Assembly: GCA_035402805.1 (NCBI GenBank)
Contig: DAONDY010000001.1
Span: forward strand, 84,098-148,097
Source of the DNA: Candidatus Woesebacteria bacterium
GTDB lineage: Bacteria > Patescibacteriota > Microgenomatia > UBA12405
Direction: 5' to 3'
DNA: 64,000 nucleotides
Shown: positions 50,057 to 59,769 of the stretch, in pieces
Layout: each line of letters begins with the position of its first letter
Position numbering within the stretch: the first letter of the stretch is position 1
The notes under the pieces: generated by a model
Told to the model about the DNA's origin: nothing
Seen by the model: only the letters and a program-made list of their open reading frames with translations
Database searches by the model: none
Program-made: the position numbers and the translations under genes

Positions 50057-50803
50057 GTGTTAATCATATTACTTCTAATTTTTTTGTTATTTCCTCATCA
50101 AACTTTTGCTGCTCCGATTGTCTCTATTGTTGATTTTCCCGAAACCGTAATTGCTGGAAATATTTTTAATGTTACTTTTTCTATTTCTTCTGTCACCCCG
50201 GGAATGATTTATCACTACAAAGTTGTTGGTGATGGAAATTCCGAAATTTTAACCCAACCAAATACTAGTTGTGCTGGTAATTATGAGTTATGTGAAAATA
50301 TTAATATTGCCACAGATTCGGCTAACATTGCCACTGCTTCTGGTAAACTCAATCTCGTTTCTGGAATTTATAATTTAAAAATAAGAATCGCTCAAGGAGA
50401 CAAGCACACTTCAACTTATAACAGTGACATTGTTTCTCTAAACTCAGTTTTACCTACACCCACTCCGACCCTTATTCCGACTAACACTCCAGCTCCCACC
50501 AACACACCTATTCCAACCAATACACCTGCCCCGACCAATACTCCCAGTCCCACGAATACTCCGACCATTATTCCTACAAAGATATTAACTCCAACCTCTA
50601 CTCCAATTGAAAATATTGTTCCTACCCCAGATCAAAATATTTCTAGTGAATTAATCGAAAACTCCACTCCTACACCAGAATCTGTTTTGGGTGTTACCGC
50701 TAATTCTGATAAAAAAAATTACTTACCTTTGATTTTTATTTGTCTTGGTGCTTTATTTTTGTTAACCCCATTGATAATTGCTAAAATTAAACATGAAGTT
50801 TAA
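50057..50803 (+). CDS. Secreted, C-terminally anchored Pro/Thr-rich surface protein
   Basis: Signal peptide, beta-rich domain, PTNTP repeats, VLG motif and C-terminal TM. Confidence 0.75.
   Translation: MLIILLLIFLLFPHQTFAAPIVSIVDFPETVIAGNIFNVTFSISSVTPGMIYHYKVVGDGNSEILTQPNTSCAGNYELCENINIATDSANIATASGKLNLVSGIYNLKIRIAQGDKHTSTYNSDIVSLNSVLPTPTPTLIPTNTPAPTNTPIPTNTPAPTNTPSPTNTPTIIPTKILTPTSTPIENIVPTPDQNISSELIENSTPTPESVLGVTANSDKKNYLPLIFICLGALFLLTPLIIAKIKHEV
50452..50608 (+). repeat. Imperfect 18-nt coding repeats (PTNTPx)
   Basis: PTNTPA PTNTPI PTNTPA PTNTPS PTNTPT. Confidence 0.7.
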
Positions 50804-51161
50804 TAAAATAATCAAATTTATTCCGTCTATTATTTGGATGATTGTAATTTTTTATTTTTCTTCACGTTCTACTACTGGTATTGGCACTAATAAAACTAAT
50901 CGTTTTTTAATTTTAAAATCATTTCACATTATCGAATATGCCTTTTTGGTTTTTCTAATTTTATTTGCCATCTCTAAAAAAAAGCTGTCAATTTTTATTG
51001 CCTATTTATACGCCATTTCAGATGAATTTCACCAATCTTTTGTTCTTGGTCGTACCGGCCGTTTTCGTGATACCTTAATTGATTTAATTGGAATTTTTAT
51101 TGGTGCCTATCTTTTTGGGAAATTTTTAAATTTGAAAAATAAAAATAAATTATCTTCTTGA
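50793..51161 (+). CDS. VanZ-family membrane protein
   Basis: IFYFSS, HIIEY, YAISDEFHQSFV.GRTG..RD. Confidence 0.88.
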   Translation: MKFNKIIKFIPSIIWMIVIFYFSSRSTTGIGTNKTNRFLILKSFHIIEYAFLVFLILFAISKKKLSIFIAYLYAISDEFHQSFVLGRTGRFRDTLIDLIGIFIGAYLFGKFLNLKNKNKLSS

Positions 51162-51218
51162 CGATATTTTAAAAAGTAGTTTTAATGTATATCTGTTACA
51201 CATTAAAATTAACTCGTC

Positions 51219-51824
51219 ATGAAAAAAATATTTTTAAGTTTAGCCATTATTGTAGTCGTTAGTGGTTTTTGTATTTCTTTAACTAAAGCTTATTTTAGTG
51301 ATAAGAAAACAAGTAACGGTAATAAATTTATTGTTGGGACCCTCAATTTGGAAGTTGGTGATTCTCAAAATAAACAAGTTGAACCATTTGTAATTTCTGA
51401 TTTAGGTAGCAGTAAAATCACTGGACAAAAATTATGGAAACTTAAAAATGTTGGTACTTTACCTGGCAAACTCACCATCGATCTTGGCAATATCATTAAT
51501 AATGAAAATGGTTGCAATACTCCAGAAAGTGAAGTTGATCAAACTTGTGGCAATCCGGGAATTAATGAAGGAGAGTTAGGTAATGTTATCAGTGCTAATT
51601 TCTATGTTAACAACGTTTCTAAAGTCACTGCCAATTTAAACCAAAGCGGATCAGAAAGTTTAATTAATTACTGGAACAACGAAGCAAACTCTTTTGTCTT
51701 AGATCCAAATCAGGAAATAGAATTAAAAATGGAATGGTTTGAATCAGATATTTATGGCAACGAAATTCAAAGTGATAGCTTAGCCTTCGATATCAATTTT
51801 AGTCTCCAACAAATAAGTAATTAG
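51219..51824 (+). CDS. TasA/camelysin-like protein with SipW-cognate signal peptide
   Basis: TKAYFSD...GN.F.VGTLNL, KNVGTL, NEIQSD..F.I.F.L.Q. Confidence 0.8.
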   Translation: MKKIFLSLAIIVVVSGFCISLTKAYFSDKKTSNGNKFIVGTLNLEVGDSQNKQVEPFVISDLGSSKITGQKLWKLKNVGTLPGKLTIDLGNIINNENGCNTPESEVDQTCGNPGINEGELGNVISANFYVNNVSKVTANLNQSGSESLINYWNNEANSFVLDPNQEIELKMEWFESDIYGNEIQSDSLAFDINFSLQQISN

Positions 51825-51826
51825 TT

Positions 51827-52309
51827 ATGAATTTCGTTTTTAAGTTTTTTGGTTTATTTATAACCTTTTCATTACTTTTTATCACTGGGTTTTTTCTATT
51901 TTCCCAATTAAATTTTTTTGGAAATTATAAAATTTTTTTAGTCCAATCGGGCTCTATGTCACCTACCATTAATACTGGTGATCTAGTCGTGGTTAAACCT
52001 AGTTTAAAATACAAAAAAGGTGATGTTGTTACCTTTTTATCAAAGACCAATTTTAATACCACTCATCGCATTATTTCTATTAATAATAATCAAATAGAAA
52101 CGAAAGGTGATGCCAATAAAACTTCCGATCAAGAACAAATTAATCCAAGTAAAATTATTGGCAAAGTTTTTTACATTATTCCTTATTTTGGTCGTTTAAT
52201 TATGTTTGTAAAAAGTCTTCCAGGGTTAATTACCTTAATAATTATTCCTTCTACAATTATTGTTTATCGTGAATTTATCCAGATAAAACAAACATTAAAA
52301 AGTAAATAG
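51827..52309 (+). CDS. sipW: Signal peptidase I, SipW/ER type
   Basis: VQSGSMSP, GD, THRI, TKGDAN (Ser-His dyad). Confidence 0.9.
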   Translation: MNFVFKFFGLFITFSLLFITGFFLFSQLNFFGNYKIFLVQSGSMSPTINTGDLVVVKPSLKYKKGDVVTFLSKTNFNTTHRIISINNNQIETKGDANKTSDQEQINPSKIIGKVFYIIPYFGRLIMFVKSLPGLITLIIIPSTIIVYREFIQIKQTLKSK

Positions 52310-52316
52310 TAGTCAT

Positions 52317-52871
52317 ATGTTGCCCGTATTATTTTTAATATTTGTTTTTAGTTTAATTTTAATTACTCCCACCAATGCTGACTTTGTCTACAAAACAACT
52401 ATAAAAAATAATCAGCTATCTGTTAGCACTTTTGATTTTTCTCAATTAAAAACCACCAACAATTCTTCGGTTGATAATTTATTTAATATTAACGGAATAT
52501 CACCTGGTGGTTATCAGGTAAACACTTTGAGACTCAAAAATCAGGGTTCAACAAATTTCAACTACATCATAAATTTTGAGAAAATTAATGGAGATGACAA
52601 TTTTTGTCGTCAATTAGAAATTAATTTTAATAAAAGTGGTCAATCACAATATCAGGGTCCCATTACCGATCTTAACGTCACCTCTTCTATAGACAAAGAT
52701 CAAAATTTTTCCGACTGGTTACTCTATTTAAAACTAAAAGATAATTATTTGAGTTCTAAGCCAGAATTTTGTGAATTTAATTTGGTGGTTAATGGCTCTA
52801 ATGTTGATTTAAACCAAAAATCAGGTTTTAAGTACAAAAGAACTATTAGAAATTTAGTCGTCTCCAATTAA
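52317..52871 (+). CDS. Second TasA-like SipW substrate
   Basis: PTNADF...NNQLSVSTFD, ISPG, LKNQGS; in operon with sipW. Confidence 0.6.
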   Translation: MLPVLFLIFVFSLILITPTNADFVYKTTIKNNQLSVSTFDFSQLKTTNNSSVDNLFNINGISPGGYQVNTLRLKNQGSTNFNYIINFEKINGDDNFCRQLEINFNKSGQSQYQGPITDLNVTSSIDKDQNFSDWLLYLKLKDNYLSSKPEFCEFNLVVNGSNVDLNQKSGFKYKRTIRNLVVSN

Positions 52872-52911
52872 TTTCATTTGAAAAACAGAGGATATCCTTT
52901 ATACTGATATT

Positions 52912-53829
52912 GTGTTGAAAAAAAATTGGACTCATTATTTTATTCCTCAAGAAAGAAACAATCATCGAGCCACCCTTTTGAAGCCCAATTTTTTACTTTT
53001 CTTTTTGATTTTATATTTACTTAATCAGTCAATTATTAAGACTCTGATCATAGTTAAACCAGGAGTTCTTGGTTATTCTTCTGAAATTACTTATCAAAAA
53101 GTCTTAGACCAAACCAACAATGAAAGAAAAAATGCTGGTTTAGAACCTTTGACTTATAATCCCGTTTTAACCGCTTCCGCTAAAGCTAAGGCGGAAGATA
53201 TGTTTAAAAATGACTATTGGGCTCACAATTCACCTCAAGGCAAAACGCCTTGGACATTTTTTGATAGTGCCGGTTATAAGTACTCTGTCGCTGGTGAAAA
53301 TTTAGCTAAAGATTTTTATGACACCGATTCTTTGATTAAAGCTTGGATGAATTCTCCCACTCATAAGGCCAATATTATCCACTCAAAATATAAAGAAATT
53401 GGTATTGCTGTTGTAAATGGAACCCTTGGCGGTGTAAAAACGACATTGGTTGTTCAACATTTTGGTACTCCACTTGCAGTCCAATCTGCTCCAAAAACTA
53501 ACGTTGTCAAACAGTCTAATGATGTAGTTGAACCAGAGATGATTAATCAACCCGTTTCAGAAATTATTCCCCAGACTGCAAACATTCCCGAATTAAAAGA
53601 AGCTGAAGTTTTGGCTGGAAATAATGAAAAATTAGTTAGCCCGTTAACTATTAGTAAAATTTTTGGTTCAATTATCTTTGTCTTTTTAGTCATAGTTCTC
53701 TTTGTTGATGGTTTTATTACTTTAAAAAACAACACTCGCCGTCTTACTGGTTCAACAGTAGGCCACATTGGATTTTTAATTTTTATTCTTCTATTAATGA
53801 TTTATAATCAGCAGGGGAGCATCTTTTAA
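52912..53829 (+). CDS. CAP (SCP) domain membrane protein
   Basis: TNNER, YWAH, AGENLA, WMNSPTHKANI. Confidence 0.9.
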   Translation: MLKKNWTHYFIPQERNNHRATLLKPNFLLFFLILYLLNQSIIKTLIIVKPGVLGYSSEITYQKVLDQTNNERKNAGLEPLTYNPVLTASAKAKAEDMFKNDYWAHNSPQGKTPWTFFDSAGYKYSVAGENLAKDFYDTDSLIKAWMNSPTHKANIIHSKYKEIGIAVVNGTLGGVKTTLVVQHFGTPLAVQSAPKTNVVKQSNDVVEPEMINQPVSEIIPQTANIPELKEAEVLAGNNEKLVSPLTISKIFGSIIFVFLVIVLFVDGFITLKNNTRRLTGSTVGHIGFLIFILLLMIYNQQGSIF

Positions 53830-54089
53830 TGATTATTCCAAAAGAAGTTAAACAAAAACCAGTCGAATATTTAACTTTATTATTTAGTCTTATTATTGGA
53901 CTTTTTCTTTATTTTTCTATTGATAATTCTCAGCTAAGAAGATGGATTATTTATGGAGTCGGTATAATTTATTTCTGTTGGAGTCTTTATCATCATTACA
54001 AAAGAGGCGATTTACAGCTATCAATTGTAATTGAATATTTATTGATAATTTTAATCGGAATTATTTTTATTTCTGGAACCCTTTTTTAA
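53829..54089 (+). CDS. Small 3-TM hypothetical membrane protein
   Basis: Hydrophobic helices, W..YHH, IEY; coupled to the CAP gene. Confidence 0.7.
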   Translation: MIIPKEVKQKPVEYLTLLFSLIIGLFLYFSIDNSQLRRWIIYGVGIIYFCWSLYHHYKRGDLQLSIVIEYLLIILIGIIFISGTLF

Positions 54090-54747
54090 TTTGCTCTATC
54101 TGCCATTGTTTAATTTTTTTTGGATCACCGCTTACTAAAACTTCAGGAACTTTGTGACCTCTAAATTCTTGAGGTCGGGTATACTGAGGATATTCAATTG
54201 TTCTTATTTTTTTACCATCAATTTCTACTTCAGACCAACTCTCAACTTTGCTAGACTCATTTTTTCCTAAAACTCCCGGTATTAGCCTTGCCACTGCATC
54301 GGTTATCACCATGGCTGGTAATTCACCCCCTGTTAATATATAGTCACCTATCGATATTTCCTCATCTACCATAAAATCAGAGATCCTTTGATCAAATCCT
54401 TCATAATGTCCAGCAACCAAAATTAAATTATCTAATTTAGATAGTTCCTCAGCCTTTTTTTGATCAAACTTTTTTCCTCTAGCCGACATCATAATCACTT
54501 TGGTTTTGCCTTTTAAATTTTTCTTAATTGATTCCAGGGCGTTAAAGACTGGTTCTGGCCTAATTAACATTCCCACATCACCGCCGAAAGGTCTATCATC
54601 AACCGATCCATAATCATCAACAGCCCAATCTCTTAAATTGTTAATTTTTAAATCGATTATTTTATTTTTTATCGCTCTTTGAATTATGCTTTCAGCAAAG
54701 GGTGATTCAAACATTTTTGGGAACAATGTGACAATATTTATCTTCAT
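54067..54747 (-). CDS. trmD: tRNA (guanine37-N1)-methyltransferase
   Basis: TLFP, VDDRPFGG, GHYEGFDQR, SIGDYILTGGE, YTRP. Confidence 0.97.
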   Translation of the reverse strand: MKINIVTLFPKMFESPFAESIIQRAIKNKIIDLKINNLRDWAVDDYGSVDDRPFGGDVGMLIRPEPVFNALESIKKNLKGKTKVIMMSARGKKFDQKKAEELSKLDNLILVAGHYEGFDQRISDFMVDEEISIGDYILTGGELPAMVITDAVARLIPGVLGKNESSKVESWSEVEIDGKKIRTIEYPQYTRPQEFRGHKVPEVLVSGDPKKIKQWQIEQIKKGFQK

Positions 54748-54785
54748 TACCAATATTTTATCATTTGATATATACTTTTCTTAAT

Positions 54786-55979
54786 ATGCAAAATAAAAAC
54801 ATCGCCGTCATTGTTATCCCTACTTATAACGAAGCCGATAATATCGGTAAAATGGTTGAATATTTAAATACCAAAACTTTTCCTAATATAATTGCCAAAA
54901 AAGATGACTTAAATGAAAGCTGGGAAATGAAAATTTTAGTTGTTGATGGAAATTCACCAGATGGCACTGGAAAAGTTGTTGAAAAAGAAGCTAAAAAATA
55001 TAATAATACTTTTCTTTATACCGAAACCAGTAAAGATGGTATTGGAGCTGCTTATCTTAAAGGTTTTAAATATGCTATCGATAAACTGAAGGCTGATTTT
55101 GTTTTCGAATTTGACGGTGATTTTCAACATCCTCCAGAAACTATCCCCTTAATGCTTAAAGCCATGGAAGAAGGCTATGACTACGTTATTGGATCTCGTA
55201 AAATTAAAGGTGGTTCTAATCCCAAAGGTTGGGGTTTTAAAAGAGTTTTCTTTAGTGAAGTTGGTGGTTTTACTGCTAGGTTTTTAATGTTTTTCCCCTT
55301 TAAAAATTTCTTTAAAGTTACCGATCCTACCACTGGATTAAAAGTTACTCGAGTTAAAGGTTTTATAGATAAAATGGATTTGGATTGGAAAGGAGATCGT
55401 CTCTTAACTAAGAGTTTTGGTTATAAACTTCAGCTTCTTTTTGAAACTCTAAAAATGGGAGCTAAATTTAAAGAAGTTCCTCTTCAATTCCATGTTCGTA
55501 ACGCCGGGGAATCAAAGATTGAAGCCAAAACAGCTAAAGATATCTTTCGAGTCGCTTTTTTACTTCGTTGGTATGATGACTTCACTCAAAAATTTTTAAA
55601 ATTTGGAACAGTCGGTTTTGTCGGATATTTAGTTAATGCCTTTTTCTTGGGAGTTTTTTCTAAAACTTGGTCAATTGAATGGCTTTCTTGGCTACTTTCT
55701 ACAGAATTAGCTATTGTTAGTAACTTTACTCTCAATAATATCTGGACATTTAAAAAACAAAGTATCTCCGGTTCTTCGGCCTTAATTAGTAAATTTTTTC
55801 AATTTAATCTCTCCTCCATGGGAGCTTTATTAATCCAGACTATTGCTGGTTCACTTGGTGTTAAATTTTTTGGACCACAATCTCGTCAAATTTTATTACC
55901 GTTTATAATTTTGTTTTTAGTTCTTCCTTATAACTGGTTTATGTACAACACCTTCATTTGGAAAAACAAAAAGAAATAA
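54786..55979 (+). CDS. GT2 polyprenol-phosphate glycosyltransferase fused to GtrA-like domain
   Basis: IPTYNE, VVDGNSPDGT, DGDFQH, GSR; C-terminal KFGTVG...NFTLN..WTF. Confidence 0.88.
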   Translation: MQNKNIAVIVIPTYNEADNIGKMVEYLNTKTFPNIIAKKDDLNESWEMKILVVDGNSPDGTGKVVEKEAKKYNNTFLYTETSKDGIGAAYLKGFKYAIDKLKADFVFEFDGDFQHPPETIPLMLKAMEEGYDYVIGSRKIKGGSNPKGWGFKRVFFSEVGGFTARFLMFFPFKNFFKVTDPTTGLKVTRVKGFIDKMDLDWKGDRLLTKSFGYKLQLLFETLKMGAKFKEVPLQFHVRNAGESKIEAKTAKDIFRVAFLLRWYDDFTQKFLKFGTVGFVGYLVNAFFLGVFSKTWSIEWLSWLLSTELAIVSNFTLNNIWTFKKQSISGSSALISKFFQFNLSSMGALLIQTIAGSLGVKFFGPQSRQILLPFIILFLVLPYNWFMYNTFIWKNKKK

Positions 55980-56021
55980 TTATAGTAAACTATCTTTAGT
56001 TATAAATTAATCTAATTTGAT

Positions 56022-56741
56022 ATGAAAGGAATTATTTTAGCCGGCGGTCGTGCCACCAGACTTCGCCCATTAACATCCATTACTTCTAAGCAACTTCTCC
56101 CGGTTTATAACAAACCAATGATTTATTATCCCATTGAGACTTTAATTAAAGCTGGAATTACTGACATATTAATTATAATTGCTCCAGACTATTCGGGTCA
56201 TTTTTTAAATTTATTAGGTGACGGTAAAGAATTTGGGGCTCGTTTTAATTATGCTGTTCAAAAAGAGCCGAAGGGTTTAGCTGACGCTTTTATTATTGGT
56301 GAAGATTTTATCGATAATGACGACGTTACTATGATTCTTGGTGATAACATCTTTGATCAGGATTTTTCTAATGAAATTAAAAATTTTAAAGGTGGAGCTA
56401 TGGTTTTTGCTAAGCAAGTCGAAGATCCAGAGCGTTTTGGTGTCGTCGAATTCAATAAAGAAATGAAGGCCATTTCTATCGAAGAAAAACCACAAAAACC
56501 AAAAAGTAATTACGCTGTTGTGGGTCTTTATTGTTACGATAATCGCGTCGTCGAGTATGCTAAGAATTTACAACCATCTCCTCGTGGTGAAATTGAAATT
56601 ACCGATCTTAACAATATTTATCTCAAAAATGGTGAAATGAAAGTAAATATTTTCGACACTCTCTGGGAAGATGCCGGTACTTTTGATTCTCTTTTAAGGG
56701 TATCCAATATAATGGCCCAAAAAGACCAATCAAAAAAATAA
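56022..56741 (+). CDS. rfbA: Glucose-1-phosphate thymidylyltransferase (short form)
   Basis: GIILAGG.ATRL.P.T, KQLLPVY.KP, LGDN, RGE.EITD. Confidence 0.9.
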   Translation: MKGIILAGGRATRLRPLTSITSKQLLPVYNKPMIYYPIETLIKAGITDILIIIAPDYSGHFLNLLGDGKEFGARFNYAVQKEPKGLADAFIIGEDFIDNDDVTMILGDNIFDQDFSNEIKNFKGGAMVFAKQVEDPERFGVVEFNKEMKAISIEEKPQKPKSNYAVVGLYCYDNRVVEYAKNLQPSPRGEIEITDLNNIYLKNGEMKVNIFDTLWEDAGTFDSLLRVSNIMAQKDQSKK

Positions 56742-56760
56742 TTGTGTTACTATAGTTAAT

Positions 56761-57291
56761 ATGACTCAAAATACTGATCTTTGTCCAAAATGTGGTGCTC
56801 CATTAAGTGATGTGGTTGAAACACCCACTGGTCGACGTCTCCAACGCTGTTCCCAAGGTTCTTGGAACTCTCAGACTCATAAAACTGAAGGTTGTGACTA
56901 TGTCAAATGGCTTGAAGTTGAACCCCAACAATTAGATGAAAAATGTCCCAAGTGTGGTGCTCCTTTAGTTCTTCAGGTCACTCGTTTTGGTAAAAAAATG
57001 AAAAAATGTAGCGCTGGAACTTGGAATAAGGAAACTAAAAAAGTTGATGGTTGTGATTATGTTGAGTGGATTAATGGGACTACTGAAAATTTAGACGAAA
57101 AATGCCCAAAATGCGGTGCTCCTTTAGTTCTTTTTACTACCGTTAATGGTAAAAAAATGAAGAAATGTTCTACTTCGGGTTGGGACAGGGAAGCTAAAAA
57201 AGCGACTGGTTGCGATTATATTCTTTGGTTAAAAGCAAATCAGGTTTCTAGCGACTCTGGTGAAGAATATTTACCTCCAGAAGAATTTTAA
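56761..57291 (+). CDS. Protein with three tandem C4 zinc-ribbon repeats (topoisomerase I C-terminal-like)
   Basis: Three copies of CPKCGAPL...G..KCS...W......GCDY..W. Confidence 0.8.
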   Translation: MTQNTDLCPKCGAPLSDVVETPTGRRLQRCSQGSWNSQTHKTEGCDYVKWLEVEPQQLDEKCPKCGAPLVLQVTRFGKKMKKCSAGTWNKETKKVDGCDYVEWINGTTENLDEKCPKCGAPLVLFTTVNGKKMKKCSTSGWDREAKKATGCDYILWLKANQVSSDSGEEYLPPEEF

Positions 57292-58118
57292 TGTCACTTT
57301 CTCAAAATTTTATTAAAGATCCTTTTGTTGTTAAAGAGCTTTTAAACGTCAGCTCTATAAATTCTAGTGATCTAGTTATCGAAATCGGTCCAGGTAGGGG
57401 AATCATTACTAAACAATTAATTTCAAGAGCTTCAGAAGTAATTGCCATTGAAAAAGATAATGAACTGTATCAGGGTCTTTTAGAAAAATTTAGTCAAGAA
57501 AACAATCTAAAACTTATTAATAAAGATTTTTTGTATTGGAATTTACCAGCCAGACCGTACAAAGTTTTTTCCAATATCCCATTTAACATTACTGCCGATA
57601 TTATTGACAAATTAATTAAATCAAAAAATAGACCAACTGAAATTTATTTTATTCTTCAAACCGAAGCCGCTCTAAAATATGTCGGTGATGAAATTGAAAC
57701 TCAAAGTTCGATTTTGTCTAAAGTCTTTTACGATATTGAGATTTTAGGTCAAATTGACAGAACTGCCTTTACGCCAAAACCCCAAATAAATATTAGTTTT
57801 ATAAAATTTATTCTGAAACCTGATGTTCAAATTGATTCTCAAATTTACCAATCATTTAGAGATTTTGTAATTTATGGCTTTAATCAATGGAAATCTAATA
57901 TTCAAGAAAGCTATAAAAAGATATTTTCTTTTAATCAATTTAAAAATATAAATAAAAATCTTAAAATAAATAATTTAAAACCTAGTCAACTCACTTTAAA
58001 CCAATGGGTAAAATTTTTTGAGATCTATCAAAAATTTGTTACACCGTTTAAAAAAGATTTAGTTGATGGTTTCGAAAAAAAATATTTAAGCAAAATCCGA
58101 TGTCCAAAAAAGTTTTAA
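57291..58118 (+). CDS. rRNA adenine N6-methyltransferase, Erm-like (Erm/KsgA family)
   Basis: SQNF, EIGPGRG, IEKD, FSNIPFNIT, F.PKP. Confidence 0.8.
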   Translation: MSLSQNFIKDPFVVKELLNVSSINSSDLVIEIGPGRGIITKQLISRASEVIAIEKDNELYQGLLEKFSQENNLKLINKDFLYWNLPARPYKVFSNIPFNITADIIDKLIKSKNRPTEIYFILQTEAALKYVGDEIETQSSILSKVFYDIEILGQIDRTAFTPKPQINISFIKFILKPDVQIDSQIYQSFRDFVIYGFNQWKSNIQESYKKIFSFNQFKNINKNLKINNLKPSQLTLNQWVKFFEIYQKFVTPFKKDLVDGFEKKYLSKIRCPKKF

Positions 58119-59224
58119 TTATTTTTATTATTTTTAATTTATTCATTATTATTTTTTTTACGGTTTTTGCGTTCATAAAATATCGACAAGTTGTCGTTAA
58201 AGTAAATCAAAATCCTATTGCTAAAAATATTACACCAAGCCCTACTCCTACCTCTGATCCTAATAAACCATTTTCTATCGCTTTAATGGGATATGGTGGA
58301 GGTGTTCATGAAGGTGGTACTCTTACCGACTCTATTTTAGTAGCCCAAGTTGTTCCTTTAGAACAAAAAATTAAATTAATTTCCATTCCTCGTGACTTAT
58401 GGGTCCCAATTCCTATCGCCATAGGTACTACTAAAATGTCAAAAATTAACGCAGCTTATACTATTGGTCTTGATGATAAACATTATCCCGATAAAGAAAT
58501 TCAATTTACTGGTCCTGCTGGTGGTGGACAAATGTCAAAAACAGTTTTATCCCAAATTTTAGGAATTACTATAGATAACTTTATTACCTTAGATTTTGAT
58601 GGCTTCTTAAAAACAATAGACACTCTCGGTGGTATTGATGTTGATGTTCAAAAATCATTTGACGATCCTCTTTATCCAATCGAAGCTAATATAAATGACC
58701 CATGTGGTAAAACAGAGGAAGAAATAGCTGCTTTGACTGCCACTATGTCTGGTTCAAAACTAGAAGAACAATTTAGCTGTCGTTATGAGTCTCTTCATTT
58801 TAATAAGGGTTTACAGCACATGGATAGCTTAACTGCCCTAAAATTTGTTAGATCTCGACACTCAAAAGAAGACGGTGGAGATTTTAATCGTTCTGCCCGT
58901 CAAAAGTTGGTAATTGAAGCAGTTAAGAAAAAAATTATTTCTTTAAATTTTATTCCTAAGTTAATTCCTTTTATTAATTCCCTAGCTGGTAATTTAACTA
59001 CCGACATTAATTTGGAAAAAATGCAAAAGCTTATTTCAAAATCAAACGAGTTTCAAACTTATAAAATAGAATCTTTTCCTATTACTGATGTTAATCTTCT
59101 GACAAGCTCTACGAGTGTTGATAAGCAATTTATTTTAATCCCTAAAATTGGCGAAAATAATTGGACAAATATTCAAAAATTTATTTCTCAACCAACTGCC
59201 ACCAACTCTGCTAAATCAAATTAG
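58100..59224 (+). CDS. LCP (LytR-CpsA-Psr) family protein
   Basis: TM anchor, TDSI, SIPRDLWV, KINAAY, VRSRH, DFNRSARQ. Confidence 0.92.
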   Translation: MSKKVLIIFIIFNLFIIIFFTVFAFIKYRQVVVKVNQNPIAKNITPSPTPTSDPNKPFSIALMGYGGGVHEGGTLTDSILVAQVVPLEQKIKLISIPRDLWVPIPIAIGTTKMSKINAAYTIGLDDKHYPDKEIQFTGPAGGGQMSKTVLSQILGITIDNFITLDFDGFLKTIDTLGGIDVDVQKSFDDPLYPIEANINDPCGKTEEEIAALTATMSGSKLEEQFSCRYESLHFNKGLQHMDSLTALKFVRSRHSKEDGGDFNRSARQKLVIEAVKKKIISLNFIPKLIPFINSLAGNLTTDINLEKMQKLISKSNEFQTYKIESFPITDVNLLTSSTSVDKQFILIPKIGENNWTNIQKFISQPTATNSAKSN

Positions 59225-59267
59225 CTTAACCCCTTTTTTTTTAAAAAAAAAGTTATATCCTTACTTC

Positions 59268-59637
59268 ATACCAATTATTTTTTAATAATTTGTATTTCAT
59301 ATATAGTCTTCTGTACATTGACACCCAGAGAAGAGAGGTTTTTAAATCCTGCCGTTTCCATCGGAAGGAAGGTTCCCCTTTAATAATATTTTCTCCATAA
59401 TGTTTGGAGAGCGAATGTTATTAAAAAACCCAAAAAATTGAATATTTGCCTCGCAAACCGCAAAAGCGGAAATGTTTTCCTATTTAATAGGAAAATGGGA
59501 TTTACTTTGTTTTTAAAACAAAAATCCCAATGTTATTCAATCCACAAAAACCTCTCTTTCTCTTTCCCCCTGCTCCCGGGCTGGCGCCAAAAATAATCAT
59601 AAAAAAATTATTTGAAACGCCAGCCCTTAACTTTTCT
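59268..59637 (+). ncRNA. Putative structured ncRNA (ORF-less cassette D)
   Basis: Closing stem 59327-59343/59546-59563, several internal hairpins, terminal GGGCTGGCG/CGCCAGCCC hairpin; G-U pairs favour the plus strand. Confidence 0.6.
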
Positions 59638-59656
59638 ATTAACCCTTATTTTTTTG

Positions 59657-59727
59657 TTGCTCCGTATGGATTCGAACCACAATTAATCGGTTCAGAGCCG
59701 ATTGTCCTACCATTAGACGACAGAGCA
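59657..59727 (-). tRNA. tRNA-Gln(CTG), CCA not encoded
   Basis: TGCTCTG...ATCGG-CTCTGAA-CCGAT...TGTGG-TTCGAAT-CCATA-CGGAGCA-A. Confidence 0.95.
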
Positions 59728-59769
59728 GTAAAGACCACCTATTATACGACAAATGTTATAATCTAATTA

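Noticed and set aside
50452-50608. Repeats as a CRISPR array or VNTR
   Set aside because: Degenerate at synonymous sites and encode a PTNTP linker; no spacers or cas genes
56761-57291. Three ~150-nt DNA repeats as a DGR template/variable pair
   Set aside because: They are in-frame zinc-ribbon domain repeats, and there is no reverse transcriptase in the window
59268-59637. Element D as tmRNA, SRP RNA, 6S RNA or a self-splicing intron
   Set aside because: No tRNA-like ends or T-loop, no SRP helix 8 motif, branched rather than a single rod, and no intron core recognisable by eye; Rfam search still needed
59530-59766. 78-aa ORF in the track
   Set aside because: Overlaps tRNA-Gln antisense and the hairpins of element D; no coding features
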